A stretch of DNA of 64,000 bases from Candidatus Daviesbacteria bacterium (GCA_016187035.1 JACPKL010000010.1:94616-158615), one strand, 5' to 3'. Numbered from the stretch's first letter, positions 39,132 to 48,106 are shown. The notes: a model not told the origin generated them from the sequence alone. Numbers and translations are program-made.

Positions 39132-39761
39132 AAATTCTGCTTGGGGTTTTTCTAAAAGGCCGGATTTTATTTTGAAATCTATATCTAAAATATTTTTATA
39201 AAGATTTATTATTTTTTCTAAATTAAAATTTTTTCTTTGTCTTTCCAATTTTTCCCTCATAAACGGTTTTGCCCCTTTGGGAGTAACTGCTAAATTCCTT
39301 AACAGATAAAAAACCATGGTAATAAAATATTGCATTTCAAACCCTGCATTTTTTAATTTTTCTATCTCTATAAAAGCTTTTTTGTCGGAAGTTGCCAAAT
39401 AATCTAAAAACGGAAAAACAGATACTTCTCTAGCTTCCGGGAAAAAGAGAATCTGTCCTTTACTGCTTTCAACCCATTTAATAACAGCTTTTTTCTGATT
39501 GACCTCATGGTCAAACCACATGATGAGTTGGTAGTTGGTAGTTGGTAGTTGGTAGTTGGTAAAATCTTCCGGAGGATTTTCTAAGATGATTAATCGGAGA
39601 TCTGAGAAAAGTAAAGGAGTGACTAGAGCGCCTAATATGGTTTGCAAATCAAATCCTTCTTCAAAAACTACTACATTATTTGTATCAAATCCTTGTTTTA
39701 AATCTATTAATTTTTTTCTTGAAGCAGTTTTAGCGGACCCGTGCAGCAGCAGTAGCTTCAT
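39099..39761 (-). CDS. DNA polymerase III delta subunit-like (HolA-like, short), containing an in-frame heptanucleotide microsatellite
   Basis: N-terminal LLLHG...FSDLRLIIL resembles HolA. A (TACCAAC)x5 repeat encodes TNYQLPTTNYQL. Confidence 0.45.
   Translation of the reverse strand: MKLLLLHGSAKTASRKKLIDLKQGFDTNNVVVFEEGFDLQTILGALVTPLLFSDLRLIILENPPEDFTNYQLPTTNYQLIMWFDHEVNQKKAVIKWVESSKGQILFFPEAREVSVFPFLDYLATSDKKAFIEIEKLKNAGFEMQYFITMVFYLLRNLAVTPKGAKPFMREKLERQRKNFNLEKIINLYKNILDIDFKIKSGLLEKPQAEFLLVNLFCHQV
39527..39561. repeat. (GTTGGTA)x5 perfect tandem heptanucleotide repeat inside a CDS
   Basis: 35-bp perfect array at 39527-39561. Confidence 0.9.
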
Positions 39762-40977
39762 ACTCAGTTATTTCTCCTGACAACACCTTTCTAACATATT
39801 CTTGGATAATAGAAAAGTCATCATCCTGAGAAATCAGCACATAAGCACCTCCGTAATCTGAGGAGAGTGGATGTACAAGCAGAGACTTCCTGTTATTTGG
39901 TAAATTCATCTTTGGGGAATCATCTAGTACAAAATTATAAGTTTTTTCCATTTTTTTGGATAATTTATAGAACTCAACAGCATCTTCGACAGAAATGTCT
40001 GTATCCACGCTTTTACCTAATGCTTTGATTAAATCAGCAATTTTTTGAGGGTTTGTTAAAGTTTCCAAAGATAAAATCTTATTTCTGACTGCCTCAATTA
40101 CCTGTTGTTGCCTGTTTGAGCGGGCAAAATCAGATCCTTGTCTATTCGTACCATGTCTTGAGCGAACATAAGATAAGGCTACTGCTCCTGACATTTTCAT
40201 CTTCCCCTTGTCAAAGCCAATATGTTCATATCTACAGCTAAAATACTTAATCCCTTTATCCTCCTCTGCTGAATCAGTGGCAATTCTTCCGTCAGCCAGT
40301 ATCAGCACTTGTCTTTTACCAGGTTCTATATTCAATTTCTTTGCCTCATCTTCATTAAAATCAATCTCCTTACTTTCATTGCCACAAAGATTATTTTCCT
40401 CACCCTGGATTGGATAAAGATAATCATCAAAAGGGGTTTCAACATCAATATCTATTCCGTCAATAGCATCTATAGCTTGCACAAATCCTCTAAAATCTAC
40501 TCTTAAACCATAATGTATGGGTATTCCTAAAATATTACCCATAATTGTTTTAGCCAATCCTAAACCATTATTTTGTAGTTTACCAATTTCATATACAGCA
40601 TTGGCCTTACTTCTTAATGAGGGTAGCCAAAGGTCCCTGGGTATAGAAAATAAATATACCTGGTTAGTTTTTAGATTATATGAGGCAACCATAATCGTAT
40701 CTGTCAGATTACTACCATCGTGTATTCCACCAGCTGTTCCAAGTAGCAATATATTTACTCTATTACTAGTTGATTTAAGGCTGCTTTGGGAAAAGATATA
40801 ATTCACAACAGAAGTTGAACCAGACAATGTTGTTAAAAAAATGGCCAATGAGATTAAAATAGCTATGACCAAACAAAGGGGTATTAATTTAGAGAAAACT
40901 TGTTTTACCCTTCTGACTTTTAAAGGATTGTCTTTTCCGCTTTTGCCAAGCCTTAGAGGTTTTAATTTCTTCACCAA
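39730..40977 (-). CDS. LytR-CpsA-Psr (LCP) family protein
   Basis: N-terminal TM anchor and an LCP domain (LLLGTAGG...SIPRDLWL). Confidence 0.8.
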   Translation of the reverse strand: MVKKLKPLRLGKSGKDNPLKVRRVKQVFSKLIPLCLVIAILISLAIFLTTLSGSTSVVNYIFSQSSLKSTSNRVNILLLGTAGGIHDGSNLTDTIMVASYNLKTNQVYLFSIPRDLWLPSLRSKANAVYEIGKLQNNGLGLAKTIMGNILGIPIHYGLRVDFRGFVQAIDAIDGIDIDVETPFDDYLYPIQGEENNLCGNESKEIDFNEDEAKKLNIEPGKRQVLILADGRIATDSAEEDKGIKYFSCRYEHIGFDKGKMKMSGAVALSYVRSRHGTNRQGSDFARSNRQQQVIEAVRNKILSLETLTNPQKIADLIKALGKSVDTDISVEDAVEFYKLSKKMEKTYNFVLDDSPKMNLPNNRKSLLVHPLSSDYGGAYVLISQDDDFSIIQEYVRKVLSGEITEYEATAAARVR

Positions 40978-40986
40978 AAGTATCTC

Positions 40987-41685
40987 CTACATCAGGTTAC
41001 ATATTCTAACAAATTCCTCGGGATTAAGCGAAGCATTTCCTACTAGTACTCCACCAATATCGCCTTGTGTAATAAAACCTTTAACATTTTGTGAGTTTAC
41101 GCTTCCGCCATATATTACCTCCAAATTATTGCCATATTTTTGTCTTATAGCTTTGGCTACTTTATTTGCATCTTCGGGTGTGTCTGCTTTACCAACCCCT
41201 GGAGTATTAACCAAACCTGTACTAATTGCCCAGATTGGTTCATAAGCTACCATATTGCAATTTTGAGGGATTGGGGTTTCTTCACTCTGTATACATACTA
41301 ATGGAGTAATGTTATTTTCCAAAGCTTGTTTAAATTTTTTCTCAACCATATCATCTGTCTCTGCAAAATTTTTTCTCCTTTCGGAATGACCCAAAATAGC
41401 CAGATCAACAAATTGTTTAATTAAAGAAGCTGATTCTTCCCCTGTATATGCCCCTTGTTCAAATGGGGATAAGTCTTGTGAACCCAGCATAATAGGATAA
41501 GCACCAACAGTAATAGCTTTTTTTAACTCAGATAAAACACTAAAGGCAGGACAAACCACTATTTTCAAATTATCTTTTTTGGGAATTTGTGGTCCCACTA
41601 TAGACACCCAGTCTAAAGCTTCACTAATAGTTTTATTACTTTTCCAATTAGCAATAATCCAAATATCTTTATCCAAACCAGCCAT
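40987..41685 (-). CDS. tpiA: triosephosphate isomerase
   Basis: IIANWKSN and AYEPIWAISTG motifs. Confidence 0.9.
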   Translation of the reverse strand: MAGLDKDIWIIANWKSNKTISEALDWVSIVGPQIPKKDNLKIVVCPAFSVLSELKKAITVGAYPIMLGSQDLSPFEQGAYTGEESASLIKQFVDLAILGHSERRKNFAETDDMVEKKFKQALENNITPLVCIQSEETPIPQNCNMVAYEPIWAISTGLVNTPGVGKADTPEDANKVAKAIRQKYGNNLEVIYGGSVNSQNVKGFITQGDIGGVLVGNASLNPEEFVRICNLM

Positions 41686-41980
41686 ACTTTTGTAAGTCTA
41701 TCATGAAATCCTTTGATACTGCTATCCCTTCCTGCTGAAGAAGAGCTTTTTGCAAAGCTTGAGGATGTTCCAGACATTTGGTGGAAATAAACCCATGACG
41801 GTTAACCACCCTATGCCATGGAGCCTCATCAATATCAAAATGTAAAATCCCACCAACCAATCTGGCACCCCTTGGAAGTCCTGCCAGGGCAGCTACAGTT
41901 CCGTAAGTAGTAACTTTACCATAGGGAATTTTCTTAACAATTTCAATCACTTTATCTCCGAAGGAGAGAGCTTGTCTCAT
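41669..41980 (-). CDS. alkyltransferase-like protein (ATL; MGMT DNA-binding domain with Trp replacing the active-site Cys)
   Basis: PWHRVVN replaces the canonical PCHRVV. 103 aa with the winged helix only. Confidence 0.7.
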   Translation of the reverse strand: MRQALSFGDKVIEIVKKIPYGKVTTYGTVAALAGLPRGARLVGGILHFDIDEAPWHRVVNRHGFISTKCLEHPQALQKALLQQEGIAVSKDFMIDLQKYGWFG

Positions 41981-41989
41981 CTTTGAAAT

Positions 41990-42253
41990 TCAACTTTGCA
42001 GCAATTTTAAAAGCTCAGCTTTTGATGTGACACCAATCTTTCTACCTATTTCTTTCCCGTCTTTAAGCACAATAAAGGTGGGAATACTCATTACACCATT
42101 TTTGGATGCTTCTTCGGGTTTTTCATCTACATTGATTTTAACAACCTCAACTTTACCAGCCAGTTCCTTCTCTAACTCTTCAATAATAGGAGCCATAGTC
42201 TTGCATGGAAAACACCAGCCTGCCCAAAAGTCCAGAAGTTTAACAGCTGCCAT
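41990..42253 (-). CDS. trxA: thioredoxin (CFPC active-site variant)
   Basis: WAGWCFPCK active site, 87 aa. Confidence 0.8.
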   Translation of the reverse strand: MAAVKLLDFWAGWCFPCKTMAPIIEELEKELAGKVEVVKINVDEKPEEASKNGVMSIPTFIVLKDGKEIGRKIGVTSKAELLKLLQS

Positions 42254-42296
42254 ATAATTTTATCTTACCAAACATACCTCAAAATTGTCTATATAG

Positions 42297-42995
42297 TCAG
42301 TTATGTTCAATAAAAGCTTTATAGCCTGTGAGTTGTTTTTGATCTGCTTTGCCCTGGTAAATATTTTTAGTACCAAAAGTTAAAAATAGATCATCTTTGG
42401 CATAAGTAATGGTGATCCCTTCAGGATCAACAGAATTTAAGGTTTCTTTAAAACCTCTATCTTTAAACTCTCCAAGATAATAGTTAATAAAATCCTGGGG
42501 AAAAGCAGAAATTTGAGCAGATTCTAAATATACTCCCTCCTGCTCTATCTTTCTTTTGCCTGAGGTAAAGATTAACACTCTCTTTTGTGTTGTTTGCCAA
42601 TCTAAACTTGGGTATAACCGGGGCAGTTCAGAAGAAGAAGGAGAACTGATAGGATCAGGAGGATTAGAGGGAATAGGAGGAGTAATTTGAGGAGAAGAAT
42701 CCAGGGAAGTAATCTCAGATGCTTCAATAACAAATTTCTCCTTGGTTAAATTACCTTTAACCAAAACCAAACCATTAGATAAAGATTTAAAATTAACAGA
42801 GGTATTGGACTTAGGCCTTAAGGTATACAACTCAGAATTAGGCAAAGTTAATATGAAGCCACTTGGCGTCCTTTGCAAGTCACCTTGATAAACAACCTCT
42901 CTGTGTAGTACCGGACTGGAATTTGGAAAGAAGAATTTTGCAATAGCTAAACCAGTGCCTGTAAAAACGCTGGCGAAAGAGGTGGTAATTAACAT
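42297..42995 (-). CDS. secreted hypothetical protein with a Pro/Ser-rich linker
   Basis: N-terminal hydrophobic anchor with a PPIPSNPPDPISSPSSS linker. Confidence 0.4.
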   Translation of the reverse strand: MLITTSFASVFTGTGLAIAKFFFPNSSPVLHREVVYQGDLQRTPSGFILTLPNSELYTLRPKSNTSVNFKSLSNGLVLVKGNLTKEKFVIEASEITSLDSSPQITPPIPSNPPDPISSPSSSELPRLYPSLDWQTTQKRVLIFTSGKRKIEQEGVYLESAQISAFPQDFINYYLGEFKDRGFKETLNSVDPEGITITYAKDDLFLTFGTKNIYQGKADQKQLTGYKAFIEHN

Positions 42996-43097
42996 TGCTG
43001 TTAAAGGCTTAATGGTAAGCCCAAAGCTTTTGATGTATCACAAGTAAAGTATAGAAAACCAATTGATGAGCAACTAGTCACCAAATTAATTTATTAT

Positions 43098-43760
43098 TTG
43101 CAAAACTATTACCGGCATTTATCCAAACATGGTGCTCACAAAATCATGATAGGAATTGATGGAGAAATAAACTCTCTGGTAGCAGCTAAATTATTAAAAC
43201 AAGCCTTAGAGGAAAACGTTGTAGCTTTGGTTTTTGATTTTGGAGGGGTACAAACAAATGACTTAGTAAACTTCTGTAGACAGCTGGGGCTTGAAACTTA
43301 TATTTTACAGCGAGGGCAAGCTTATCAATCTGAAGTTTCTGCCTACCGTCTTCATAAACCGTCTGGCCTTAGCAGTTTTTATAAGCGCTTTATTAATTAT
43401 CATTTACTTATCCAGGCAGATCATATGAAAACTGTATTAGTTGATACTTTTGATAAAAGCGACAGATTATTAGGTATGAAACCTGAAGGCTTTTATGGCC
43501 ACTTGATGCCATTTTACTCTTTATATAAATCAGAAATATGCGAGTTGGCTAAATTTTTGGGCATTCCTGCTGTACCTACCAATTATCAGGGCTTACCCTG
43601 GGATAAGATTGACCCGGTATTATATTTACTGACTGAGAAACAACTTAAGATAGAGGATATTTCTAAAGAACACAATATAGATCTACACTGGTTAAGAAGT
43701 TTAAAGATTCATGTTAATAAACAACTTTTCCAGACAACCATCAGCCAGTTTATAATTTAG
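43098..43760 (+). CDS. NAD synthetase (NadE)-like PP-loop-fold protein with a degenerate SGGxDS motif
   Basis: IGIDGEINS stands in place of SGGxDS. C-terminal LYKSEICELAKFLGIP is NadE-like. Confidence 0.5.
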   Translation: MQNYYRHLSKHGAHKIMIGIDGEINSLVAAKLLKQALEENVVALVFDFGGVQTNDLVNFCRQLGLETYILQRGQAYQSEVSAYRLHKPSGLSSFYKRFINYHLLIQADHMKTVLVDTFDKSDRLLGMKPEGFYGHLMPFYSLYKSEICELAKFLGIPAVPTNYQGLPWDKIDPVLYLLTEKQLKIEDISKEHNIDLHWLRSLKIHVNKQLFQTTISQFII

Positions 43761-43785
43761 CACAGGCTTTTTAGCGCTATTTCTA

Positions 43786-43822
43786 TTGACAGGAAAGTAT
43801 TACTATGCTAGTATAGCAATAC
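43786..43822 (+). promoter_or_regulatory. sigma70-like promoter (TTGACA-17-TAGTAT) overlapping an imperfect palindrome/direct repeats (TACTATGC x2), a candidate vapB operator
   Basis: -35 at 43786-43791 and -10 at 43809-43814. Palindrome gtattactatgctagtatagcaatac at 43797-43822. Confidence 0.5.
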
Positions 43823-43859
43823 TATGCAAGTAGGTATTACTCATGGAAGAAACATTACT

Positions 43860-44120
43860 ATGAGAGAATTGGAAACCACCCTGACGCAGAAGGGTCAAGT
43901 GACAATCCCCGTGGAGATCCGTTCCCGCCTGGGCCTGAAACCGAAAGATAAGGTGCGGTTTGAAGTGGAGGGGGATGAAGTCAAGATCAAGCCCGCGCCC
44001 TCGCGCATTGCCCGCCACTTTGGGGCGGTGGCTGTATCTGGAAAGTCGCTGGATTGGCGAGTCGAGCGGAAGGCGTTTGAGGAAGGCGTGGCCGAGGAGG
44101 TAGTGGCCGAGGATCGGTGA
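43860..44120 (+). CDS. vapB: AbrB/MazE (SpoVT-AbrB) family antitoxin VapB
   Basis: TLTQKGQVTIPVEIRSRLGLKPKDKVRFEVEGDEVKIKP swapped-hairpin motif in GC-rich DNA. Overlaps vapC by 4 bp. Confidence 0.75.
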   Translation: MRELETTLTQKGQVTIPVEIRSRLGLKPKDKVRFEVEGDEVKIKPAPSRIARHFGAVAVSGKSLDWRVERKAFEEGVAEEVVAEDR

Positions 44121-44542
44121 TGTCTATGCCACGCTTCCTGGACACCAATATCCTGCTGCGCTACTTCACAGGCAGTGGTAGCGAGAAGGCCCTGGCAGCC
44201 AAAGTACTGCTTGAGCGCATAGAACAGAGCGAGGAGAAGGTAGTCATCTCCGTACTGGTGGTGTTTGAGACAATTTTCACCCTACAGCGCACCTACAAGG
44301 TGCCCAAGGTCAAGATCCGCGAGATGGTCGGCGATGTGATCGCCCTGCGCGGTGTCCAACTCACGGGCAAACGGCTATGCTTGCAAGCCTTGGATCTCTA
44401 TGTGGGAAAAAACATCTCCTTCGCCGACGCCTACAACGTCATCTACATGCAGTCGCAGCAGTTCTCGGAGATCTACAGCTGGGATACCGACTTTGACAGG
44501 ATCGAGGGCATTACTCGCATTGAGCCAGCCCAGGATATGTAA
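44117..44542 (+). CDS. vapC: PIN-domain toxin VapC
   Basis: FLDTNILLRYF N-terminal PIN motif and conserved acidic residues, in GC-rich DNA. Confidence 0.8.
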   Translation: MMSMPRFLDTNILLRYFTGSGSEKALAAKVLLERIEQSEEKVVISVLVVFETIFTLQRTYKVPKVKIREMVGDVIALRGVQLTGKRLCLQALDLYVGKNISFADAYNVIYMQSQQFSEIYSWDTDFDRIEGITRIEPAQDM

Positions 44543-44647
44543 GATTTCAATGTTGAAATACCGTATTTTTCAATCCTCTAGCCTTAAAACATTGAAAAAC
44601 TACCTAAACTTTGACTGAAATCTTACAGTATATGTTAATATAGGCAG

Positions 44648-46651
44648 ATGCCCACTTCGCAAAAGCTCAGTGTAAACTTTCTTGATGACTTAAATTCCAT
44701 TCAACAAAAAGCGGTTAAAACAACTGAGGGACCGGTATTAATTTTGGCCGGGGCTGGCTCCGGCAAAACCAGGGTGTTAACTTACCGCGTAGCTTATTTG
44801 ATTGCTGAGAAAAAGATTCCTCCTGAAAATATCCTTTGCCTGACCTTCACAAATAAAGCTGCTGGAGAAATGATGGATCGTATTTTAAAACTTTTGGACC
44901 ACCAGCTACCAGCTACTAACTACCAACTACCTATTATGGGCACTTTTCATTCTTTTTGTGCCAAAATCCTAAGACGTGATGGCAAAGCCTTAGGATTGCC
45001 TCCTGGCTTTACCGTATATGATGAATCCGATGCATTAGATGCTATAAAAGAAGCTATGGGTAATTTGAATATTCCGACCCAAAAAACTTCTCCTTTTTCA
45101 GTAAGACACACTATTTCTTCAGCTAAAAATGAATTAATTTCTGCACTTGAATACCCACAATATGCCAGAGGGTATTTCCAGGAAACTGTAGCTAAAATTT
45201 ATTTAGAATATCAGAAGATTTTAGAGAAAAATAAAGCCCTGGATTTTGATGACCTGCTGCTGACAACTATTAAGCTGTTTCAAACAGAACCAGCTATATT
45301 GACCCGCTATCAAATTCAATTCCGTTATATCTTAATAGATGAATACCAGGATACCAACCCTGCTCAATATCTGATTTCAAAATATTTAGCAAACAGGCAT
45401 AAAAATATTTGTGTAGTCGGGGATGCTTCACAATCTGTGTATTCTTTCAGAGGAGCAGATTTCAGAAACATTGTTAATTTTCAAAAAGACTACCCAAACG
45501 CTAAAGTTTTTAACCTGGAGCAAAATTACCGCTCTACCCAAAATATCCTGGATGCAGCCCATGCTGTAATTTCTAAAAATAAATTACATCCTATTTTGAA
45601 ACTTTGGACAAATAAAAATGGGGGAGAAAAAATTGAAATAGTGGAGGTAAGAAATGAAATTGAGGAAGCTCTATTTATCTTGTCCACCATAGATCACCTC
45701 CGAGGTGTAAGCGCATTTTTTCACCTCGGAGGTGTAGCCGTGCTTTATAGAACTAATGCCCAATCCCGTGCTTTAGAAGAACAATTTTTAAAATCTGGTA
45801 TCCCTTATAAATTAGTTGGTGGAGTAAGCTTTTACGAGAGAAGAGAGATTAAAGATATTTTATCCTACCTTAGGTTACTGCAAAATCCTAAGGACTCTGT
45901 ATCTTTAAAAAGAGCAGAAAAAATTGGCAAAGGAAGACTGGGAAAAGTTTTAGGATTCTCAGCGTCATTGCGGGGAATCGGACCGAGCGAAGCCAAGTCA
46001 GACTTGGTTTCGCCAAGTCTGACTTGGCGAAGCGAGGGAGATCGCTTGCAAAATGCGAAGCATTTTGACAAGGGCTCGAGTGAAACGAGCGGCCCTTCAG
46101 GCCTCGGAATGACCACAATCGAGCTATTAGATCAACTTCTAGCAAAAACAGGCTATTTGGCTTATTTGGATGATGGAACAGATGAAGGAGGGGGCAGGGT
46201 GGAAAATGTTAAAGAACTTAGGTCGGTAGCAGAAGAGTTTCCTAGTTTAGTCCAATTTTTAGAGAACGTGGCTTTGGTGGAAAATGGTTTTCTGCCTTCT
46301 TCTGAAAAAAATATTCAGCAAGACGTAGTAACTTTAATGACCCTGCATTCTGCTAAAGGCTTGGAGTTTCCGACAGTTTTTATGGTAGGAATGGAGGAAG
46401 GACTATTCCCCCATTCACGCTCTATGCTAAATCCTCAGGAACTTGAAGAGGAAAGAAGGCTTTGTTATGTGGGCATCACCAGGGCAAAAGAAAAATTATA
46501 TTTAACTTACAGCAGGCAAAGATTATATTTTGGCACCAGATCTAATAATTTAGTTTCCCGCTTTTTATCTGATATTCCCCAAGACTTAATTTCCTCTAAC
46601 ACAAACTTCAAAAACCAAGATCAAGATAATGAAGATTGGTTAAACACATGA
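44648..46651 (+). CDS. uvrD: ATP-dependent DNA helicase UvrD/PcrA, carrying an in-frame palindromic insert
   Basis: AGAGSGKTRVLT Walker A and UvrD motifs throughout. Insert at about 45965-46113. Confidence 0.9.
   Translation: MPTSQKLSVNFLDDLNSIQQKAVKTTEGPVLILAGAGSGKTRVLTYRVAYLIAEKKIPPENILCLTFTNKAAGEMMDRILKLLDHQLPATNYQLPIMGTFHSFCAKILRRDGKALGLPPGFTVYDESDALDAIKEAMGNLNIPTQKTSPFSVRHTISSAKNELISALEYPQYARGYFQETVAKIYLEYQKILEKNKALDFDDLLLTTIKLFQTEPAILTRYQIQFRYILIDEYQDTNPAQYLISKYLANRHKNICVVGDASQSVYSFRGADFRNIVNFQKDYPNAKVFNLEQNYRSTQNILDAAHAVISKNKLHPILKLWTNKNGGEKIEIVEVRNEIEEALFILSTIDHLRGVSAFFHLGGVAVLYRTNAQSRALEEQFLKSGIPYKLVGGVSFYERREIKDILSYLRLLQNPKDSVSLKRAEKIGKGRLGKVLGFSASLRGIGPSEAKSDLVSPSLTWRSEGDRLQNAKHFDKGSSETSGPSGLGMTTIELLDQLLAKTGYLAYLDDGTDEGGGRVENVKELRSVAEEFPSLVQFLENVALVENGFLPSSEKNIQQDVVTLMTLHSAKGLEFPTVFMVGMEEGLFPHSRSMLNPQELEEERRLCYVGITRAKEKLYLTYSRQRLYFGTRSNNLVSRFLSDIPQDLISSNTNFKNQDQDNEDWLNT
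45965..46113 (+). repeat. GC-rich palindromic element (GTCATTGCGGGG...CCTCGGAATGAC termini) inserted in-frame in uvrD
   Basis: Imperfect 12-bp terminal inverted repeats, internal palindromes ccaagtcagacttgg x2, and GC far above the local value. The ORF stays open across it. Confidence 0.65.
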
Positions 46652-47346
46652 TAGAACGTTACTTAGGAATTTTACTAATTATTTTATTGACAGTTCTTGC
46701 AAAAAATTTCTGGCAGCCTTCTGCTGTTTTAGGACAATCTACCTCCTTACCTGCTCAAACCCTGCCTGTTAACCAACCAATTACTACTGAGTCTAGTTTT
46801 ACTGAAAAACTCGAGGAAGAAACCCAAAATTTACCTAAAAAAACAATTTTTGAAGATGATCCTGACATGGAAGCCGGTGAAGAAAAAGTATTGGAGGAAG
46901 GTGAAGATGGACAAAGAGTGACAGTATTTAAAATTACATACTCAAATGATGGAGAAGAATACCAAAGAGATGTTGTTTCAACTACAAACACCCAGCCTAA
47001 AAATAAAAAGGTATTAAGAGGAACTAAAATTGTCTGGAAAACTCTTAATATCCCTGAGGGAGAGATTAAATATTGGAAGAAAATGAGAGTGTATGCTACC
47101 CATTACGATTGGCGTTGCCCAGGATGTAATGAATGGACAGCCATAGGAATGAGAGCAGGTAAGGGGGTAGTTGCAGTTGACCCAAAAGTGATCCCTTTAA
47201 GAAGTAAGGTTTATATTCCAGGATACGGGATTGCCATAGCAGGTGATACTGGCGGAGCTATCAAAGACAACAAAATTGACTTAGGTTTTGATGATGCAAA
47301 AACTGCCGGCTGGAAGGCGCACTTTATTGATATTTACCTGCTGTAA
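46636..47346 (+). CDS. G5 + 3D domain protein (YabE/YuiC-like cell-wall binding or lytic protein)
   Basis: G5-like region followed by a C-terminal 3D domain (AVDPKVIPLRSKVYIPGYGIAIAGDTGGAIK). Confidence 0.7.
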   Translation: MVKHMIERYLGILLIILLTVLAKNFWQPSAVLGQSTSLPAQTLPVNQPITTESSFTEKLEEETQNLPKKTIFEDDPDMEAGEEKVLEEGEDGQRVTVFKITYSNDGEEYQRDVVSTTNTQPKNKKVLRGTKIVWKTLNIPEGEIKYWKKMRVYATHYDWRCPGCNEWTAIGMRAGKGVVAVDPKVIPLRSKVYIPGYGIAIAGDTGGAIKDNKIDLGFDDAKTAGWKAHFIDIYLL

Positions 47347-47382
47347 TTGCGCCTGGAAGCACTGAGTTTACCGAAGTGCTGG

Positions 47383-47406
47383 TCAGCCAGATTTGTGGAT
47401 ATATAT
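47383..47406. repeat. 24-bp direct repeat, copy A (tcagccagatttgtggatatatat)
   Basis: Identical to 48332-48355. Confidence 0.9.
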
Positions 47407-47410
47407 CTTA

Positions 47411-47854
47411 TTAATTAATTTTTATACATTTTCCAAAGCAATCATGGCAACCTGGCTTGATATCGCATCTATACCCATCTAAGCACTTTAATCCTACAAA
47501 ACCACCGCATTTGATATTTTCACAACTATCTACCTTCTTCCAACCTTCTGGCACATCACACGGAGTACCAAATTCTTTACACTCGCCTGTCTTGGGATTT
47601 TTAGCAGGGGTAATAACTTGAGCACAAATTTGATCTACAGAAGAAGGACTTGGAATTGGTGTAGGTTTGATATTCACATCCAAAAATTTTTGCCCTAAGG
47701 AAAACCCAAGCGGTTGAGTAAAAAACCATCCACCTGGACAATCCACAGTAAGGGTGAAACATGGTTTCCGGGGAATATAATAGGGCAAAGGTAAAACCAA
47801 AATTCCAATAACAATTAAAAAAATAATTCTAAGTGGCGTGATCCATTTTCGCAT
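47411..47854 (-). CDS. small secreted cysteine-rich protein
   Basis: N-terminal signal/TM segment and 12 Cys in the C-terminal 70 aa. Confidence 0.45.
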   Translation of the reverse strand: MRKWITPLRIIFLIVIGILVLPLPYYIPRKPCFTLTVDCPGGWFFTQPLGFSLGQKFLDVNIKPTPIPSPSSVDQICAQVITPAKNPKTGECKEFGTPCDVPEGWKKVDSCENIKCGGFVGLKCLDGYRCDIKPGCHDCFGKCIKIN

Positions 47855-47890
47855 AGGTTAAGTTTAACATAGAGATGGTATAATTATTCA

Positions 47891-48106
47891 ATGAGACGAA
47901 TTCATTCTGTTACCTGGAAAGAAGATAAGTGGTATGTGGCTAAAGCTCTTGAGTTAGAGATAGCTAGCCAGGGAAAAACCCAGAAAGAAGCTCTTGATAA
48001 TTTAAAAGAAGCATTAGAATTATATTTTGAAGATCAATCTAAAGTAGAACTATCACCTGTTAGTAAACCTAAACTTCAAGATTTATCCATCCAGGTTAAT
48101 GCCTAA
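47891..48106 (+). CDS. hicB: HicB-family antitoxin
   Basis: WKEDKWYVAKALELEIASQGKTQKEALDNLKEALELYFED, HicB/UPF0150. Confidence 0.75.
   Translation: MRRIHSVTWKEDKWYVAKALELEIASQGKTQKEALDNLKEALELYFEDQSKVELSPVSKPKLQDLSIQVNA

Noticed and set aside
43803-44018. 71-aa minus-strand ORF over vapB
   Set aside because: GC-rich DNA gives open antisense frames, while the vapB frame has a clear domain match.
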